Below, one piece after another: positions 59,632-64,000 of a stretch of DNA of 64,000 nt; positions within the stretch are counted from its first letter, which is position 1; each line of letters begins with the position of its first letter. The notes beneath the pieces were generated by a model. The model made no database searches and was not told the origin of the DNA. It worked only from the letters and a program-made list of their open reading frames with translations. Source of the DNA: a virus. Location: positions 1 to 64,000 of IMG/VR virus record IMGVR_UViG_3300007734_000755. One strand, written 5' to 3'. Position numbers and translations under genes: made by a program.

Positions 59632-60541
59632 AGTCTATTAATCTTTCTTCAAGATCTTTTATTTTGTTATAGCGAAAGTATTTAATCTTCCTTTGCATCT
59701 TATAGTGATAATTGGAAGAAATATACTTGACATACCCATCCCAAGTCGAAATATCATGTATTCTATACCCAGGAAGGATGGTCGCTCCCTCTAGTGTAGC
59801 ACAGCTGAACACCTCGTCAAGCCGGATATCTTTGTTAGAAACTCTCTCGCTCGGATTCCTTCTCTTTAAAAGCTTCAAATCTATTTGTTCACTGGAAATT
59901 CCAGTGTATTTCCATTCCCCAATAACCAGAGAATCAAGATTCTTCTTAAACTGAGGCAACTCTTCTCTAAAAAACGTAAACCCAATAGGAACCCCGTCTC
60001 TGATAGACTTGCCTTCTAGGGTAAAATAGAAATTATTTTTTGAACTTTTAATTCTTTTTCTAAATCTCTGCAATTTCCAGGGTGAATAAACTGTGTGTGG
60101 GAATGAAACATAAAACTTATCTGGCTTTATGAAACCAGATAGTTTCCCAGAGATTTTTAGAGCATAGTCCGCTCCAATTAGAATAGATGATGCGTAGCAA
60201 TCCTTCTTACCCACATCTCTTACTGGTACTGAGGCATACCAGATTGGTATCCTCATCTTGAAATTGTTCTTAAATTCTACTGGAAGCTGAGCAAGTATGG
60301 GATCTTCTACCCATTCGCCCACGACTGTTTTCATGAGAGGAACATACCTCTTGTCCACTATTACCCAAATAGAGTTACATCCTGCTATGGCACACTCCAA
60401 GACACTTCTGTGGAGGGCCGTATAATTCTTATTCAGAGGAGAGAGAGAACTCGGCCACGGGAGTCCATCATTTGATGGACCATTCTGTATTGGAATGATC
60501 CCAACCAAGTGGTTTGCGTAAATTCCCGGCAATCTTTCCAT
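59576..60541 (-). CDS. sugar-phosphate nucleotidyltransferase-fold protein (divergent)
   Basis: VGIIP...LSPL...SVLECAIAGCNSIWVIV and DISTWDGY. Confidence 0.55.
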   Translation of the reverse strand: MERLPGIYANHLVGIIPIQNGPSNDGLPWPSSLSPLNKNYTALHRSVLECAIAGCNSIWVIVDKRYVPLMKTVVGEWVEDPILAQLPVEFKNNFKMRIPIWYASVPVRDVGKKDCYASSILIGADYALKISGKLSGFIKPDKFYVSFPHTVYSPWKLQRFRKRIKSSKNNFYFTLEGKSIRDGVPIGFTFFREELPQFKKNLDSLVIGEWKYTGISSEQIDLKLLKRRNPSERVSNKDIRLDEVFSCATLEGATILPGYRIHDISTWDGYVKYISSNYHYKMQRKIKYFRYNKIKDLEERLIDCGVFDDYDRITGDLQPED

Positions 60542-61314
60542 ACTTCGTCCTCTGTTCTTTTATCAATTATTATTGATGACGAGGTTTCATACTCGTTCAG
60601 ATCTTTATCTTGTATGTGTCTCTTAACCCACTCTAGTTTTATTCTTAGTTTATTTTCTAGCAGAATCTTATTAACCTGCTTTCCTATATAAAACGAAGAA
60701 TATTCTGGATTTCTCAATTCTTCCATTGTCAATTCTGAGTGGGACATCAGTCTTTTCTTATCAGTTGATAGATAAATGTTCCTAGGAAATAACCCTTCAG
60801 CTGGAATTATATGATAAAATTTATTATCAATAAACTTAGTATTGAATTCATCCAAAACATATAGGTGTTCTTTTCTTTCTCCTGTTGGAGTTAGAAATTT
60901 TATCTCTCTAGTATCAAAGATTCTTAGTTTATTAAACTTAAATTTATAAATTCTTTGATTCTTAGATACAACCTTCAATATTTGACTTTCTTCATCTAAG
61001 TAAAACTCTGTTACATTCTCAGCCAAAGGAATCTTTCCACTTAGAGATTGAATATAATATAGATGATTATATACACTCTTTTTTGAATAGGGCTTTACAA
61101 ATTTTCCCTTTGGGAAATTAAGTTGTTTGTTTTCCTTATCCATACCAATTCTACTCAGGTTCATAGAATAGTCTATGAACTCAAAAAACCGAGGTTTTGA
61201 GTTAATCTTGTAGAGAATTGGATTTCCAGTAAAATATGAATGTATTAATGAAGAGATATTAAGGCCTATGTTAATCTCATCGTATTCATATATATGAGTT
61301 TTTAAATCATTCAT
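60433..61314 (-). CDS. hypothetical protein
   Basis: 293-aa ORF. Confidence 0.65.
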   Translation of the reverse strand: MNDLKTHIYEYDEINIGLNISSLIHSYFTGNPILYKINSKPRFFEFIDYSMNLSRIGMDKENKQLNFPKGKFVKPYSKKSVYNHLYYIQSLSGKIPLAENVTEFYLDEESQILKVVSKNQRIYKFKFNKLRIFDTREIKFLTPTGERKEHLYVLDEFNTKFIDNKFYHIIPAEGLFPRNIYLSTDKKRLMSHSELTMEELRNPEYSSFYIGKQVNKILLENKLRIKLEWVKRHIQDKDLNEYETSSSIIIDKRTEDEVWKDCREFTQTTWLGSFQYRMVHQMMDSRGRVLSLL

Positions 61315-61497
61315 TTATCCTTGTTGTCTCGTATGCTATAAATCTATAGCCTACTATATCAGATATGCCATATTCTGGGGTCACCATAAATACGGGAATC
61401 AGTGATACCTCGGACCATTCTACATCCTCTGGCATATCATTTAAGACTTCCATTAATTTTATGGGTTTTGAAAAAACCCTACTTTCATATTTTCTCT

Positions 61498-62559
61498 TCA
61501 TTTTAATCCTGCCTCCGGATAATAAAACACCAACAATTTCTCGGCAAGTGTGTTTTGACTCATATCTCGATCGTTACCCATGTTCATCATCCGACCCATA
61601 TGGAACCAATAAAAGGTTCCATATTCTTCTACAGCCGGTAGGTCGTTGTCTCGGTGCTCACGCCACAGGTCGAGATCGTCCTTTCTTTTCCAGCAAAATG
61701 TTCGATATATTACTTCAGGGCTGTTATATCTTGATGTAATCGTGAGTCTAATTTTTTTCATATACATCCTTTAATCAGGGGTAGGTCTTTAAGAGTCTTG
61801 TCATAGAAATGAGGGTAGTCTTCTCCTGTTCTCCAGGTGGCAAATAATCTATCCTTGTAATAATAGTCACAATGAGTAGACAGACAAACAGCTGGAAGGT
61901 TGTTTTCTCTATAATAATATGTGCTGTACTCATAAATATCAAAAAATACTCGGCACCACTCTTTATATGAGTCGTGCTTGTCCCTACCTTGACTTGTACG
62001 TAACAATATTTTCTTACGTCTCATATTTTAATATCTTCAAATTGAATTTCTGGAGTGAAGGTACATTCTTCTTCTGTTTCGTGTCTGCTCTTTATTATCA
62101 AAGCATTTTCGTACCAATAAAGATATCCAAATTCATATGCAGCTGGTAAATCATTTTCTCTATATGAATAGAAAACGTTATCAGATTCACCTCGGAACCA
62201 CTCCACGGAAAAATACCCTCTATCCCACGAGTGGTTAGTTTGGTGGTATGATAAATTTCTTTTAATTGAACTGGAGTTCAATACCAACCTAATTTTTTTC
62301 ATCATAGATATTTCTCTCGAAAGTATGGACGAACCAATTGTAGTGGTCCTGGGCCTCTGACGTATCGTGGGCCAGGACTGTCACGATTCCAAGTGGCATA
62401 AAAACGCCCTTTTTCGTCATAATATACTCCCACTATAGAATCGTACTGGGCGGGTAGAGAGTGGTCTCTGTGTATTCCGTCGTAAACTTCACCTCCCTCC
62501 CAAAAATCCTTAGACCATGTGATGTAATCTCTTCTTATTGTTAGCCTCACAGTCTTCAT
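61498..62559 (-). CDS. four tandem LHRDNDLPA-family proteins (61498..61767, 61758..62024, 62021..62305, 62302..62559)
   Basis: MKK(I/V)RL N-termini and HRDNDLPA / YRENNLPA / YRENDLPA / HRDHSLPA. Confidence 0.75.
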
Positions 62560-62567
62560 TTCTAATC

Positions 62568-63221
62568 CTAGGACAGTTGAAATATTTTTGATAAAGCCTC
62601 AGCGATAGCGTTCGCAACTTCTCTGTGTTCCTTCTGTGTTGCCACATCCTGCCGAACTTCAAGATAGTGGATCCACGATCTAATTGATCCCTTCATATAC
62701 ATTCTAGTCTTGGTTAAGCCCTCTGGGAGAACCTTACGAGCAACTTCCTTTGCAATCCCCTTATCTATGGCCCACTCATAGGCTTCCTTGGATGACTTCA
62801 ACACGCTCTCTTGATAGATCTTCCATTGAAGTTTTAGAGAATCATCCTCAATTTCTATTGAATTTTGACGATTTTTATCGTCTTGCAGTCTCGCATCTGA
62901 AAGCTCAAAAGTATCATCGAGATCTCTAATGTCTGAATATCGTTGCGAAAATTCTTGGAACGAAAAGCTCCGGTGTCGTAGGATTTGTCTCGCTATATCT
63001 CTCGTTGTTTCTATTTCGAATGTTGCATCAACCATTTCTAGTGGTGACCAGTGGTGATTCTTTATAAGATATTTGATAAGGCGATCTGACGTTTGTGTGT
63101 TCATCTGGTTAGATGGATTTGATACTCTTGCGCAATAGGAAACGAGATCCTTGATATCTTCTATATCTGTTTCCTCTAACTTTCCCGCTGGCTTTGTATG
63201 TGATATTAAGCTAACCTTCAT
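62568..63221 (-). CDS. thyX: flavin-dependent thymidylate synthase
   Basis: HWSPLE, RHRSFSFQEFSQRY, KEVARKVLP. Confidence 0.96.
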   Translation of the reverse strand: MKVSLISHTKPAGKLEETDIEDIKDLVSYCARVSNPSNQMNTQTSDRLIKYLIKNHHWSPLEMVDATFEIETTRDIARQILRHRSFSFQEFSQRYSDIRDLDDTFELSDARLQDDKNRQNSIEIEDDSLKLQWKIYQESVLKSSKEAYEWAIDKGIAKEVARKVLPEGLTKTRMYMKGSIRSWIHYLEVRQDVATQKEHREVANAIAEALSKIFQLS

Positions 63222-63267
63222 TTCTTCTCCTAGTAGGAGGTTAGTGTCTCATCTAGGGAGTTAGTTG

Positions 63268-64000
63268 TCAACTGTCTTTTTCTATTCTAGATAGAAGTTG
63301 GTTTCTCTTCCAATGAAGTCCGATTGGATTTTCAACTTCTTTATTGACAAAATTATTTACTAACGAAGTTGCTTTTTTTATCGAGACAAAATTAATCCCG
63401 GCATCGGGAAGCTCCTTGGCATCATTGTTGATAACAATGAAATTATCTTCTCCAAAATCACTCTTATATTTGTCCATGTTAGCGACACACATATGCCACA
63501 GATTTGAGGTGAGATCCGCAGGAAGAACACGATCTCTTTTTTCGTTCCTGTCAAGAGCCGTCTCCAGACTCGTATAGACAAAGATCATTGAGCAGTCATA
63601 TCCTTGTCTTACTAGCTCCTTTCTTATTCCGTTGGTAATTTTATAATCACCGCCCGTTCCATCAATAACAATTCCAATTCTTTCCTTGGAATATGAGTTA
63701 AGCAATCTATTCGTCTTATCCTTTGCTACAATTCTAGGTGAATTTGGCCCACGATTAAGCTTATGAAATTCATCTGGTGGGAGATCCGCAAGCTTAGAAG
63801 GGTCTACTCCGGCTTGTTTTAATAACATTGTATAAACAGTATCGGAATTGGACATCTTTAATCCAAACCCGGTTAGGGTGTTCATGTTTCCCGACTTGTA
63901 TCCAAATATTTTATTTGTAACATAGGACTTTCCAGATCCAGGTCCCCCGGCCAAGAAAACAGCCTTGAGAGCCCCCTTATCATAAAGCCCCTCGGAAAGA
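63268..64000 (-). CDS. P-loop kinase (zeta-toxin/AAA_33-like), 5' end outside window
   Basis: KAVFLAGGPGSGKS, IVIDGTG, ALDRNEKRDR; frame is open to the window edge. Confidence 0.8.
   Translation of the reverse strand, partial: LSEGLYDKGALKAVFLAGGPGSGKSYVTNKIFGYKSGNMNTLTGFGLKMSNSDTVYTMLLKQAGVDPSKLADLPPDEFHKLNRGPNSPRIVAKDKTNRLLNSYSKERIGIVIDGTGGDYKITNGIRKELVRQGYDCSMIFVYTSLETALDRNEKRDRVLPADLTSNLWHMCVANMDKYKSDFGEDNFIVINNDAKELPDAGINFVSIKKATSLVNNFVNKEVENPIGLHWKRNQLLSRIEKDS

Noticed and set aside
16850-62559. Diversity-generating retroelement behind the LHRDNDLPA family
   Set aside because: No reverse transcriptase in the window and no near-identical TR/VR pair with adenine-specific differences seen
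1173-63577. Plus-strand ORFs in the track (for example 11866..12408, 22575..23192, 46497..47018)
   Set aside because: They are antisense shadows of well-supported minus-strand genes or RNAs and lack RBS or motifs

Overview
A 64-kb segment of a large (jumbo-type) dsDNA bacteriophage genome, almost entirely coded on the minus strand. Right part (about 41-64 kb): replication, nucleotide-metabolism and chaperone genes (dnaE-type polymerase, thyX, dUTPase, IMPDH/GMPR, thioredoxin, GroEL, Hsp20, DEDDh exonuclease, AAA ATPases, P-loop kinase) plus probable virion genes preceded by a CTATTTA motif. Middle (about 5-41 kb): an early region with many sigma70-type promoters, many small hypothetical ORFs (including a large LHRDNDLPA paralog family), DNA ligase, RNA ligase, deaminase, two metallophosphoesterases, an SspB homolog, a MoxR/VWA pair, 14 assignable tRNAs and several non-canonical tRNA-like genes. 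Left end: peptidases and a peptidoglycan-binding/L,D-transpeptidase gene with single-base frameshifts. The most striking signal is a set of non-coding RNAs that appear to mimic parts of the host translation machinery: a ~295-nt RNA carrying a split copy of the 23S rRNA L11-binding domain (H43/H44), a ~70-nt RNA resembling only the tRNA-like domain of tmRNA, a D-armless tRNA-Ile(UAU)-like RNA, a ~530-nt highly structured RNA, and an rrn-leader-like array of four tandem promoters followed by a boxB/boxA-like element. All calls are by eye from motifs; no database searches were run.
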